Below are positions 12,836 to 25,067 of a stretch of DNA of 64,000 nt, one piece after another. This DNA comes from Octopus sinensis (lineage: Eukaryota). The stretch spans positions 28,210,001-28,274,000 of the forward strand of contig NC_043000.1 of the NCBI RefSeq assembly GCF_006345805.1, in the 5' to 3' direction. The notes beneath the pieces are model-generated. The model ran no database searches and was not told the origin of the DNA. It saw only the letters and a list, made by a program, of their open reading frames with translations. Both the position numbers and the translations under genes were made by a program. Position 1 is the stretch's first letter. Each line of letters opens with the position of its first letter.

Positions 12836-13808
12836 CGTATTTCATTATGCAACTATAATATACGATGAAGTATATTAAAGGCTTAGAAATCAACATTGCG
12901 CCCCACCTGTGTAAGCAATGCAATTCAAATATTTATTTGGTGACTATTTAAGCAATGTATTTGTTGGTAGTTAATGGGTTTTGGACACTGAAGGAAGAGC
13001 AAGAATTCCTGAAATATGTATATACACACAACCATTATCTATTCAGATTTCTTCGATCGCATCTTTTACATAAATATATTTGTACACGAAAGGTTGTAAC
13101 TTCCAGTGCTAGCTCTAGTTTCTATGGAAAACCTGTAGAGATGACTTTTAAAAGTTGTGCGTGTGTGTGTATGTGTGGTGTGTGAGTGTGTAGTGTTTCT
13201 TTGTTTGTTTGTTTGTATTTGTGTTTGTCTGTGTGTGCGTATGTGCTTGCTCTTTGCAGTCGGTTTCGACGAGGAAGGTTCAGTTGTCCATTCAAATGTA
13301 TCACCAGACCATTGAATGAGTTTGGAAATGCACAGCATCTCCCAGCCAGGTCGAGCGAAAACGTAATTCTCTGACAGAATGAGTGACATGTTGTGCGACA
13401 AGGCTGTACCTTTTGGATTACAGATGCAATGCATTCGATGGGATCTTATAGGATCCCGTTTGATTATTATCACTAATGACGCACGGGTTGACCCGAGGCT
13501 AAGCAAAGAAACAAAAGATATTCGCTAATAGATATTTCCTAGCGAAAATTTCTAGACGAGACAGGAAAAACAGGCAAAGCTTTCTTAAATTTCAATATTT
13601 AATAATTATCGATGCTGTTATCCAATCCAAATTCCACTTATGAAGCTTTTGTTTCTGCCAGAAACTTGCGTCCTCATTCTAGGAAGAACAGGCTCAGACC
13701 TAGATATAGGTATGCATTATGTCCTAGACACATGGCAGACCAAAAATTATAAATGGCTGATATAGTAGTACTGCTCACGCTTAGAATGTCCCTACTACTC
13801 ATTGATTT

Positions 13809-14219
13809 CTATTTCTTTACTACCCACAAGGGGCTAAACATAGAGTGGACAAACAAAAACAGACAAAGGGATTAAGTCGATTACATCGACCCCAGTGTGT
13901 AACTGGTACTTAATTTATCGACCCCGAAAGGGTGAAAGGCAAAGTCGACTTCGGCGTAATTTGAACTAAGAACGTAAGGGCAGACGAAATACCTATTTCT
14001 TTATTACCCACAAGGGGCTAAACATAAAGGGGACAAACAAGGGCAGCCAAACGGATTCAGTCGATTACATCGACCCCAGTGCGTAACTGGTACTTAATTT
14101 ATCGACCCCGAAAGGATGAAAGGCAAAGTTGACCTCGGCGGAATTTGAACTCAGAACGTAACGGCAGACGAAATACGGCTATGCATTTCGCCCGGCGTGC
14201 TAACGTTTCTGCCAGCTCC
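13809..14219 (-). mobile_element. Nin-core SINE dimer (head plus 2 bodies)
   Basis: Two ~185-nt body units are joined at GAAATAGGTATTTCGTCTG, with one head at the right end. Confidence 0.85.
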
Positions 14220-15624
14220 TCAACTTACACATACCTACATTCCGTTCCTCCTACCCGTCAGCACATCAGTTACTATGTTGTTGAGCTCATGAGGATCCAG
14301 GACGAACTGGTTGAGACAACTTGTTTAAAGCTTGTACATAATGTTGAGCCACGAAATCTATGTAAGTACGCATGTATGTATGTTTGCATTATGTATGCCT
14401 GTGTGTTTTTGTATATATACAAATATATATTTGTCCTTATGCAAATACAAATACTTCATGTCCACAAAAGCGTATACCTGACTCTATAATATTATATAGC
14501 AATAAAATATAGAAAATATAATGATTAACCTATTTGATATGTTCAAACTCCTTTATTTTATGATAAATTGTACGATTAATCTACTCAAATGTATTTTTTC
14601 TTTCGTAAAATATATCTTAGATCTAGGGGGAATCGAATATAGACACAAATATACGACTGACTGCTGAAGCTTGTCACAGTTTAATTCTATAGTTGCTGCT
14701 ACAACTTATCTTTTCAATAAATCACATTTAAATCTTAGCGAATCTGTCAAAATAAGTGGTTCTGTTACTTTTAAAAATTTTCATTTTCAGTAATAATGTC
14801 AACTTCAAAATTAAACGTTAAATGCCTACAGTTATATTTTTTAATTAACTTGCTTTATAGGAAACAATAAACCTATCTTGTGCTGTGTAAGAAATATAAA
14901 CCATGAAATCTTAGAATGTAATTTATTTCTAGTTTTAATTATTTTTAATGAAAAATTTTAGCAATTTTGCTTTCTTTTCAGTTGTAAAGTAAATGATTGA
15001 ATTTTATTTTTCTCTCCTATACATTCTTGTTATTTTAACTTTTGTCTTTACATAAATTAGATATCGTCGGATCTAATTCTGATAACATCATATACAAGGG
15101 GAAAAAATTAAATTAAATTCAACAAAAAGCAGCACTCAAACAAACAAGAAGAAAAAGTAACGGGAAACAGATCGTCATAAAAATGCAATATTTCTGAATT
15201 GTAACAGGATCTTTTATGCAGTCCCTTAATTATCTTCAGATATTGTTAATGTTTAGGGTTTTCTTTCTCTTTATTTATCTTTTGTGTGCGCGCGTGTTAA
15301 ACAGCAGCAGTGGTTGCAGCGGCGACAGTAGTAAGAGCAGCAATGGTTTGCTTCGTGATCCGAAATTTCTCATGCAGTTCAGAACCCGTCAGCGTCTCTT
15401 TTTGCTAGAAAATTACTTTTTTCACGTTTTCGTTTTCTCTCTCTTCTTCTGAGTCATCTAGCTGTAAATAATCTATGTCGGCGAAGAACATATTCTCAAT
15501 GAGAGAATATGCTGGTACAGAACTGCTGACTACACAGCGTTGATAATCGGAATTGAGTTCAATATGTAATTCCTCATTCTAGAACAGCGAGCGTCAGGGA
15601 AAAGCATGCGCTCTCTTCTCCATC

Positions 15625-15824
15625 TCTTTTACTTGTTTCAGTCATTTGACTGCGGCCATGCTGGAGCACCGCCTTTAGTCGAGCAAATCGACCCCAGGTC
15701 TTATTCTTTGTAAGCCTAGTACTTATTCTATCGGTATCTTTGCCGAACCGCTAAGTTATGGGGACGTAAACATACCAGCATCAGTTGTCAAGCGATGTTG
15801 GGGGACAAACACATACTAACGCAC

Positions 15825-15856
<32 letters not shown>

Positions 15857-16097
15857 GGTGGGCTTCTTTCAGTTTCCGTCTACCAAATCCACTCACAAGC
15901 AATCCCTTTACTATTCTACTTGTTTCAGTCGTTTGACTGTGGCCATGCTGGAGCACCGCCTTTAATCGAGCAAATCGATCCCAGGATTTATTCTTTGTAA
16001 GCATATTGCTTATTCTATCAATCTCTTTCGCCGAACCGCTAGGTTACGGGGACGTAAACACAATATCGGTTGTCAAGAAGTGATGTTGGGAAGGCAA

Positions 16098-16128
<31 letters not shown>

Positions 16129-16330
16129 TATGTATATATATATATATACATATATATACATATATACGACGGGCTTCTTTCAGTTTCCGTCTACCAAATC
16201 CACCTACAAGGCTTTAGTCGGCCTGAGGCTATAGTAGAAGGCACTTGCCCAAGGTGTCACGCAGTGAGATTGAACCCGGAACCATGTGGTTGGTAAGCAA
16301 TCTACTTACCACACAGCCACTCCTGCGCCT
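15625..16330 (-). mobile_element. Cluster of tRNA-derived SINE copies or fragments
   Basis: Two 3' halves, with a head ending CTCCTGCGCC at ~16330. Confidence 0.8.
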
Positions 16331-16631
16331 GTGATAATATTCTAAGTTCGAATCCTGCTCAGATCAACTTTACATTTCAACCCTCCGGTGTTGATAAAAT
16401 AAAAGACTAGAACACAGGCAGGTGTCTAATCGCATAACCCCTCCGCTCAAAACTGGTGGCCTTGTGCTTACATTACAAACCATCATTGTCGTTTATGTTT
16501 TTTGTTATTGGTGTTTATACTTTTTAGTGCTGTTGCTGTTGTTGTCGTTGTTATTGTTGTGACGTCAGCTTTATCATTGTTGTTGATTTGTCATTGTTGA
16601 TGTTGCGACTATGATTTTTGTTATTATCTAC

Positions 16632-17395
16632 TTTCTTTCCTACACTAGGCACAAGGCCTGAAATGTTCGGGGAGGGGGCCAGTCAATTTGATCGACCCAA
16701 GTATGCAACTAGTACTTAATTTATCGACCCTTAAAGGATGAAAGGCAAAATCGACCACGGCGGAATTTGAACTCAGAACGTTAATACAGACGAAATAACA
16801 CTAAGGATTTCGCCCTGCGTGCTAACGTTTCTGCCAGCTCACCACCTTGTGATTATTTATATTGCTGCTGTTTACTCGTTGGACACTACTGAACCTACAG
16901 AGCTATCGTTCAAATCATTCCAGCAATGACCATCTCACCCTTTTCCTTCTTCGCCTCTCTACACAGCGGAGTACATCATCCAATATTCCTTTGTATTAAG
17001 GCGGCGAGCTGGAAGAAACGTTAACACGCCGGGCGAAATGCATAGCGGTATTCCGTCTGCCGCTACGTTTTAAGTTCAAATTCCGCCGAGGTCGACTTTG
17101 CCTTTCATCCTTTCGGGGTCGATAAATTAAGTACCAGTTACGCTCTGCGGTCGATATAATCGACTTAATCCGTCTGTCTGTTCTTGTTTGTCTCCTCTGT
17201 GTTTAACCCCTTGTGTGTAGTAAAGAAATAGGTATTTCGTCTGTCTTTACGTTCTGAGTTCAAGTTCCTCCGAGGTCGACTTTGCCTTCAATCCTTTCGG
17301 GGTCGATAAATTAAGTACCAGTTGCATACTGGGGTTGATGTAATCGACTAGCCACTTCCCCCAAAATTTTCGGGCCTTGAGCCTAGAGTAGAAAT
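16632..17395. mobile_element. Divergent (head-to-head) pair of Nin-core SINEs
   Basis: Minus copy at ~16632-16846; plus dimer at ~17000-17395. Confidence 0.85.
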
Positions 17396-18335
17396 GAAAA
17401 GAATGTTCCTTCGTTTTACAGTAAAGGCTAGATTCTGATTCAAAAGAAAAGAAGTATCTACTTCTAACAAATGAAACAATTGTATCGTGACTCCATGTTG
17501 AATATTTTTTTGTTCGTTTTGTATTTTGTTTTCTTGATCCATAGGACTCGGTTTACATGTCATGTAAGTGATCCAGAGTACGATATTACCCCTGAATGCG
17601 ACGAGGGTCCGCAGCAGCCTACAAGGTCAGCAACTTTGAGGTAAAGGGCAAATTGATAACATCGATCCCTGTACTTGACTTGTACTTGTTTTATCCACAC
17701 TGAAGAGATGAAAGAGAAAGTTTTCTGCGACGGGATTTGATCTCAGAACATAAAGACACATACACACGAAAAAAAGTGCTTTTTGCTCGACGCACTAACG
17801 ATCTGCCGGCTCGTCGTCTTACGCTGCGTTTGAACAATGATTGATTTAGTGGTGATTAACATTACAGCAAATATTAACCCCGCCCCCGGAAAGAAATTAC
17901 AACGTTCATTTTAACGATCGCTTAAAGCAGTTTCCTCTCACGTTTGCTGGCGCGGAAAAGCTTGTGTCGCAACATTCCACATCCTCCCATTAACGCATAT
18001 AACATATCTGAGCTCGTTTGGGCAACTAATCTTGTGTTTAGTGTCGTTTTGCTTGGCATGTGCTCAAATCCAGCAGACGTTGAGGTTACATTATATCTCT
18101 AAGTAATCACTGTATTACGAAAAGAAAACATCAACGAAGGTAGATCGATCTGATAAAAATAGCGACTAAATTTATAATAAATCATATGATGTCATCTAAA
18201 TACGGAAGAACAGATAAAGACACGTTATGTGATGGAGATTTCGATAACCAAACAAAGATGCGGAGATCACGGTGGTAATGCTTTTGATCATATATCTATA
18301 AATCGAGGTTGACCTGTGGTTGTACAGTAAATATT

Positions 18336-18716
18336 CTTTTGTAATCTAGGCACAAGGCCCGTAATTTTGGGGGAGGGGCCAGTCGATTAGATCAACACTA
18401 GTACGCAACTGGTACTTAATTTATCGACTCCGAAATGATGAAAGGCAAAGTCAACTTCGGTGAAATTTTTACTCAGAACATAAAGACAGACAAAACACCT
18501 ATTTCTTTACTACCCACAAGGGGCTAAACACAGAGGGGACAAACAAGGACAGACAAACGGATTAAGTTGATTATATCGACCCCAATGCCTAACTGGTACT
18601 TATTTAATCGACCCCGAAAGGATGAAAGGCAAAGTTGACTTCAGGGGAATTTGAACTCAGAACGTAGCGCAAAGCATTTCTCCCGGCGTGCTAATGTTTC
18701 TGCCAGCTCGCCGCCT
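18336..18716 (-). mobile_element. Composite Nin-core SINE (head plus two bodies with different tails) with TSD
   Basis: GTTGTAC(A/T)GTAAATATT at 18319-18335 and 18721-18737 flanks the whole composite. Confidence 0.85.
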
Positions 18717-19182
18717 TAAAGTTGTACTGTAAATATTACAAATCAAGATTTGCATTGACTAAGCTGAGTCGTGGTTGATGACTTAATACCATTCCACTGG
18801 TAGAAATGCTTCACAGAAATGTTTCGTTCATCAGGGTATTCTGTTCGTACATGTTTAAGTAAACAAATGGAGTTGTTGACATAAACATACCAGCAATATG
18901 CTGGAGGTAATAGAACATGTTTTGACTTACCACACGTAAATCTTTTGTTAAGTGATTGTGTTAGAATATAGCTTTTAAATCTAGTAATCATTAATGCTAT
19001 ATGATCCTGTTAGATGGCGATATCAAGTACTCCGATTATGGGATTAATACCCAGGTTCCATGTAGATCATGTAACCAAGATATCAGGCAATGGGGAGGAA
19101 TGAAGGTTAGTGACATTTGCATAAAATTACATGTTGTTGCATGAGAGGACAAGCATGTCGTTGATATATAGAAGTAAGACAG

Positions 19183-20115
19183 GTGGCGAGCTGGCAGAAA
19201 CGTTAGCACGCCGGGCGAAATGCTTTGCGGTATTTCGTCTGCCGCTACGTTCTGTGTTCAAATTCCGCCTAGGTCGACTTTGCCTTTCATCCTTTCGGGG
19301 TCGATTAAATAAGTACCAGTTACGCACTGGGGTCGATGTAATCGGCTTAATGCGTGTGTCTGTCCTTGTTTGTCCTCTCTGTGTTTAGCCCTTTGTGGGT
19401 AGTAAAGAAATAGGTATTTCGTCTGCCGTTATGTTCTGAGTTCAAATTCCGCCGAGGTCGACTTTGCCTTTCATCCTTTTGGGGTCGATTAAATAAGTAT
19501 AGTTACGCACTGGGGTCGATGTAATCGGCTTAATGCGTGTGTCTGTCCTTGTTTGTCCTCTCTGTGTTTAGCCCTTTGTGGGTAGTAAAGAAATAGGTAT
19601 TTCGTCTGCCGATATGTTCTGAGTTCAAATTCCGCCGAGGTCGATTTTGCCTTTCATCCTTTCGGGGTCGATAAATTAATACCAGTTACGCACTGGGGTC
19701 GATGTAATCGACTTAATTAGTTTGTCCTCTCTCTGTTTAGCCCCTTGTGGGTAGTAAAGAATAGGTATTTCGTCTGCCGTTATGTTCTGGTTCAAATTCC
19801 GCCGAGGTCGACTTTGCCTTTCATCCTTTTGGGGTCGATTAAATAAGTATAGTTACGCACTGGGGTCGATGTAATCGGCTTAATGCGTGTGTCTGTCCTT
19901 GTTTGTCCTCTCTGTGTTTAGCCCTTTGTGGGTAGTAAAGAAATAGGTATTTCGTCTGCCGATATGTTCTGAGTTCAAATTCCGCCGAGGTCGATTTTGC
20001 CTTTCATCCTTTCGGGGTCGATAAATTAAATACCAGTTACGCACTGGGGTCGATGTAATCGACTTAATTAGTTTGTCCTCTCTCTGTTTAGCCCCTTGTG
20101 GGTAGTAAAGAAATA
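19183..20115 (+). mobile_element. Nin-core SINE pentamer (one head, five tandem bodies)
   Basis: Units begin at ~19230, 19414, 19597, 19765 and 19947. The TSD GATATA(T/C)AGAAGTAA is at 19163-19177 and 20116-20130. Confidence 0.9.
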
Positions 20116-20366
20116 GATATACAGAAGTAATAAACTATAAGAAGTAATAGAATGCGGCATATAATGGGACCCTGAAGAGCACCCCAGCTAACTGAGTGTG
20201 GCAGAAAGAGGTAAAGAGAATAAAGATATTAAATGGCAAAGATTGTGAAACTGAAGTACACCAAATTTGATAGGTAGCACCTAAAACCGGACCGAGGTTA
20301 TCATAATTTTGGCGTGCATCCATTCAAATATATGATCATGCAAGCACTTGATTGTTTTTCGCACAG

Positions 20367-20586
20367 ATTTTGCAATTCTTTCAAATGTATGTACATCAAA
20401 TGCGGCAAGAATTTGGTCCAATAACAGATACGAGTAGAGATTATTATGAGAATTTCTTGTCGAACAATCTCAACAAAAACTGCTTTGAGATATTATCTTT
20501 TATGCACACTTATTGCCCTAAAGAATTTCTTGCACGTAGAATGATCAGAGAGTCGACATGCAAAAACTGCTTAAAGTGGTTTGCTG
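20367..20586 (+). CDS. Candidate coding exon of an unidentified protein
   Basis: Acceptor TGTTTTTCGCACAG, open frame ILQFFQMYVHQMRQEFG...CKNCLKWFA, possible donor G|GTAAAG. No recognisable domain. Confidence 0.3.
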
Positions 20587-20865
20587 GTAAAGGAAACATA
20601 GGTAATTATCCCGTAGCAGAATAGAATTCCATGGTCAAGTGCCTCTTTTCATGATATATGTGTGTGTGTATGTATATGTGTGTGCATTTGTGTTTCTATT
20701 TGTGTGTGTGTGCTTGCATGCGGTTATGTCTGTTGATGCATAGGTATGTATATGTATAATTATGCATATTCGTATATATGTATATATACATATATAAATG
20801 TATATATGTGTGTATGCTTCTCTCTATATATATATGTCCATATATGTGTGTGTATAGATATGTAC

Positions 20866-20902
<37 letters not shown>

Positions 20903-21084
20903 TGCATGTATATATATATGTATATATCTGTATATATCTATATATATATATATCTTTATATATAGGTGTATATATATATATATATATATGCATATATATT
21001 ATATATATATATCTTTATATATATAGGTGTATATATATATATATATATATGCATATATATATATATATATATATATGCATATAT

Positions 21085-21133
<49 letters not shown>

Positions 21134-22289
21134 GCATATATGGTTACAGGACGTCAAAAAATGTAAACAACATGGAAAACGGGAACATGAATTACAACAT
21201 GGAAAACCAACTTTTATTTTTTTTTCGAACAGCGAAAGAAACAAATAGAAAAACAAGGCAGGCAATATAAAGAACAATCCGTTCATCAGTTGTCCACTGT
21301 TTTATCTACTTCGCACTTCGATCGCTAGGATAAGATGCGTCTTCGTCAAAACACTTGCTCCCGCAAGACAAATTAAATGAAATTTGGGATTTGAGGAGGT
21401 TCAAAGTTGGTAACAAACACAGGACAGTGAAAACAAACGGTACGGGCTGTTAAGCCCTAATGAGGTGAAATATATGTTTCATATCTGCTATATAATGATA
21501 TTCCAAACTACATGAGCGTTAGCTATTAGCAAAAAAGTATCGTCTAGTCTGAAGTTTTCTAACATTCTGTGACCTCCTCAACGACTTTCTATCTTTCGTG
21601 TCTCATACTTTCGTCTAGGCCATTCTATTTTCTCTTCCTGTGGTATGTATTCCTAACAGCGTATGCGTTTTCGTCAAGAGACAAAACAACACAATTCAAT
21701 ACAGCAAGTTTGACAAGGTCTTGATTTTCCTGAAGATGCGGCAGAAAACACTTGTCCAGTTGAGCTGCATCAATGTGTCGGCCCACAAAATGTCGAGGTG
21801 AACTTCTTAACATCTTCATTCGAGCCATTATAATGCACACCTGTCTGTGAAGTGGTTTATAAAACCGGTAAGACATTCCGCTATAAGCCACAGATCTGAG
21901 TCAAGAAATGGGAAAGATAAGAGAAGACAATTAGTTTTAAATCTGATGTAGAAATAATTTCACTAAATGTTTCTAAGATAAAATCTGTTAAAGATTGATA
22001 TATACGAGTTAGTTCATTATCGTTTCGAAATAGACCGTGTGTATTTTTAAAGATTATTAAGAAAACATTTACGCTACAGTCGTGTCTTTTCTAATTGTAA
22101 CGAAGTCGTAAAGAAAGCGCTTATAGTTATTGTAAGGTAAGATGAAACAAAGGTACAGAGTCTGGCTTCAGATTCGCTTGTTCTCAGATGAAATTTAGGC
22201 TAAAGATTCTAAAACTCGTGTCAGCTACATCTGTCTTTCTTCTAGTATTGATTTCCATTCAAAATACACATGCATAAATTTGTTTATGA

Positions 22290-22349
<60 letters not shown>

Positions 22350-22449
22350 ATGTGTGTATAGACATATATATATATACATACAGACACACATGCACATACA
22401 TATATATGCATGCATGTATGTACTTTAGTTGTGGTTATCAAAGCAACCG

Positions 22450-22614
22450 ATGGTTTCATGTGAAGATATCTTCACAATTGTTCAAGTGTGGCACATGGAA
22501 GTGTTTGTAGTTGCCTCCATTTTGGATACGATTCTTATCCAAAGTGGAGAGGAGTATCGACATTTTCATGTGGCACGCTTGAACAATTGTGAAGATCTCG
22601 TCACATGAAACCAT
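22450..22614. repeat. 165-nt fold-back hairpin (palindromic MITE-like)
   Basis: The ~54-nt outer arms ATGGTTTCATGTGA..CACATGGAAGTG and CATTTTCATGTG..TCACATGAAACCAT pair. An inner stem CTCCATTTTGGATA/TATCCAAAGTGGAG closes a 7-nt loop. Confidence 0.85.
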
Positions 22615-22699
22615 TAAACCAAATAAAGGACATTTATCCACGAATGTTGTGTTGAACATCCATTCTCATTATTCGACATTAGTGTATAAACGTATGTAT

Positions 22700-22960
22700 G
22701 TATATATGTAGGTAGGTAGGTAGGTAGGTAGGTAGGTAGGTAGGTAGGCAGGCAGGTAGGCAGGCAGGTAGGTAGGCAGACAGGCAGGTAGGTAAGTAGA
22801 TAGTTAGTTAGAGAGGTTAGTTGGTAGGTAGGTAGGTAGATAGGTGGGTAGGTTGGTAGGTAGGTAGGTAGGTAGGTAGGTAGGAAGGTAGGTAGGTAGG
22901 TAGGTAGGTAGGTAGGTAGGTAGGTAGGTAGGTAAGTAGGTAGGTAGGTAGGTAGGTATA
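22700..22960. repeat. (GGTA)n microsatellite
   Basis: Seen directly, with GGCA and GTTA variants. Confidence 0.95.
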
Positions 22961-23199
22961 GACTTTCCTCAGAAGTATAACTTCATTGTTTAATGTAATT
23001 AATTAAAAAGTAATATCGGTAAAGTTATAATTCTTATTTAACCCCAAGTCAGTGCCGGTCGAACACACATGAGATGAAAGACATTCCTGCCTAATCGATA
23101 CTTTGTTTGAAAAACCGTAGTAGTTCATTGTTTGGGAAAGATGTGCGTGCTATTACTATTTGTTCATCTGTTCGTGTGGAGGCTCCGAGTTAATGTTGG

Positions 23200-23560
23200 C
23201 TTAAAGATTAAATTATCACAAGGACAGGCTTGGTCGTGGGGTTCAGAAGCCCACGTGGTTTCAGGTTCAGTTTCACTGCACAGTGCTTTGGACAAGTGTC
23301 TTCTGCATAAGTCCTGGGCCTTCTCAGTAAATTTCGCTGGCAGAAACTTTAGCACGCCGGGCGAAATGCTTTGCGGTACGTCGTCCGCCGCTGCGTTCTG
23401 AGTTCAGATTCCGCCGAAGTCGACTTTGCCTTTCATCCTTTCGGGGTCCATTAAATAAGTACCAGTTACGCACTGGTGTCGATATAATCGACTTACACCG
23501 TTTGTCTATCCTTGTTTGTCCTCTCTATGTTTAGCCCATTGTTGGCAATAAAGAAATAAG
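23200..23560 (+). mobile_element. Degenerate tRNA-SINE head joined to a Nin-core SINE
   Basis: The CORE-like GCTTTGGACAAGTGTCTTCTG is followed from ~23338 by GGCAGAAAC..GTCGACTTTGCCTTTCATCC. Confidence 0.7.
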
Positions 23561-24044
23561 AAACTCTGTGGAAGCCCATGTGTTCGTGTGTGTGTTTGTG
23601 TGTGCATGTGTTTGTATGTGTATGTGTTTGTGCATGCTTGTATGCGTGTGTGTATGTGCGAGTATGTGTCCGCCAACTAGTTTGCTTTGTTTATATTCAC
23701 ACATATAGCGGTTCGACATAAGAAACCGATACAATCAATACCAGACCCTAAAAAATATGTGCCGAGGGCGATTTTCTGTGCAAAGCGTTTGAAGGCGGTG
23801 TCATATCAAGGCCGAAGTTCAATGACTGATAGAAATAAAAGATGACGAGTATTGCTTCTTCAACACTAAATGATACCAATACAAAATCATTGGGAGGTGG
23901 TTATTGTGAAATCTGATACAAATTAAGGCTCATATAACATATCTTCAAGTCGAATATATCCCGTCCTTTACAAACTAAATTTGTAAAGAACTAATGAATC
24001 TTGCAGCTTGCTTATTATTCTTATTTACTATAGTTTTATTACAG

Positions 24045-24194
24045 CTTACCAAGTTCGGATCATTCTTAAAATACTATCTCTGTTATCAACGCAACAATTT
24101 CCAAGAAATCTTACCAATGCAGAGGGCCGCCTTTGTACTACTTATAAAAGAATTTGATAATTTATTGAAGAACAAACCTATCTTCAAATCTACG
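24045..24194 (+). CDS. Candidate 150-nt coding exon of an unidentified protein
   Basis: Acceptor GTTTTATTACAG, phase-0 open frame LTKFGSFLKYY...KPIFKST, donor G|GTAATT. No recognisable domain. Confidence 0.25.
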
Positions 24195-24677
24195 GTAATT
24201 ACAATCGATAAAGCAATTTACAGATTGTTATTGCTTTAAGGCACCTGCTGAAAGAAACTCTAAAAACCATGGTTTCCGCTGTATATGTAAGTTATACAGA
24301 GACTACGCATGTCATATGATTTGAGAAGAGGAAAAGACATTTGTCATGAGTGAAATACTTAACGTCAATCCGACGAAGCTAATAGCATCGCTGTATAAAT
24401 ATAGAAAATTGCCTTCATCGTACGTTGGCTTGGGTTTGATTTACTTATCCTTTAGTCGGCAGCTTCTTCCTGCCTTCCATAGTTTTAATGTTCTCTGCAC
24501 GTGCTTCGCCCAGGCCGATCAAAACTTGGAAAGGTGACAGATAATAGCTAAAACATTAAATTGATATAAATATCAAAAACAGAGCTCACTTCGGTAAATT
24601 TACGACGATAGCTAAACAATAATAAGATGCATGTTTTCCTGAGAGTATTTACTGCAATGCACATGTACGCACACACA

Positions 24678-24720
<43 letters not shown>

Positions 24721-24970
24721 ACACACATACAAGCACGCACGCACACACTCACACACACACGCACTCATACACACACACACACACTCAAACACATATGCAT
24801 GTCGTTTTGTGTTTATATGTGTGTGTGTATGTGTGTATATGCGTATGTGTGCATCTATGCGTATACAAACATGAAATATACATAAATGTATGTATATGTT
24901 TGTGCATGTACATATGAATATATGTGCGTGTATGTTTGCACATATATGTGTATATACATGTATATGTATG

Positions 24971-25002
<32 letters not shown>

Positions 25003-25003
25003 T

Positions 25004-25050
<47 letters not shown>

Positions 25051-25067
25051 GTATATGTATATGTATA

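Noticed and set aside
13260-13374. Possible terminal exon RFRRGRFSCPFKC (GPCR helix-8-like) after a good acceptor
   Set aside because: All three frames give short plausible peptides, and no upstream TM exons were found.
18815-18845. CUGAUGA-AC-GAAAC on the minus strand
   Set aside because: There is no room for stem II and no valid stem I or NUH.
19230-20115. Regularly spaced repeats reminiscent of a CRISPR array
   Set aside because: The units are ~180-nt SINE bodies with no unique spacers, in a eukaryotic context with no cas genes.
21180-21380. UUGACGA and CUGAUGA motifs in a PLE-end-like repeat on the minus strand
   Set aside because: I could not assemble stems I and III around a valid cleavage triplet.
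22700-22960. (GGTA)n as a possible two-tier G-quadruplex
   Set aside because: It is a common microsatellite in this genome, with only GG runs and no specific evidence of function.
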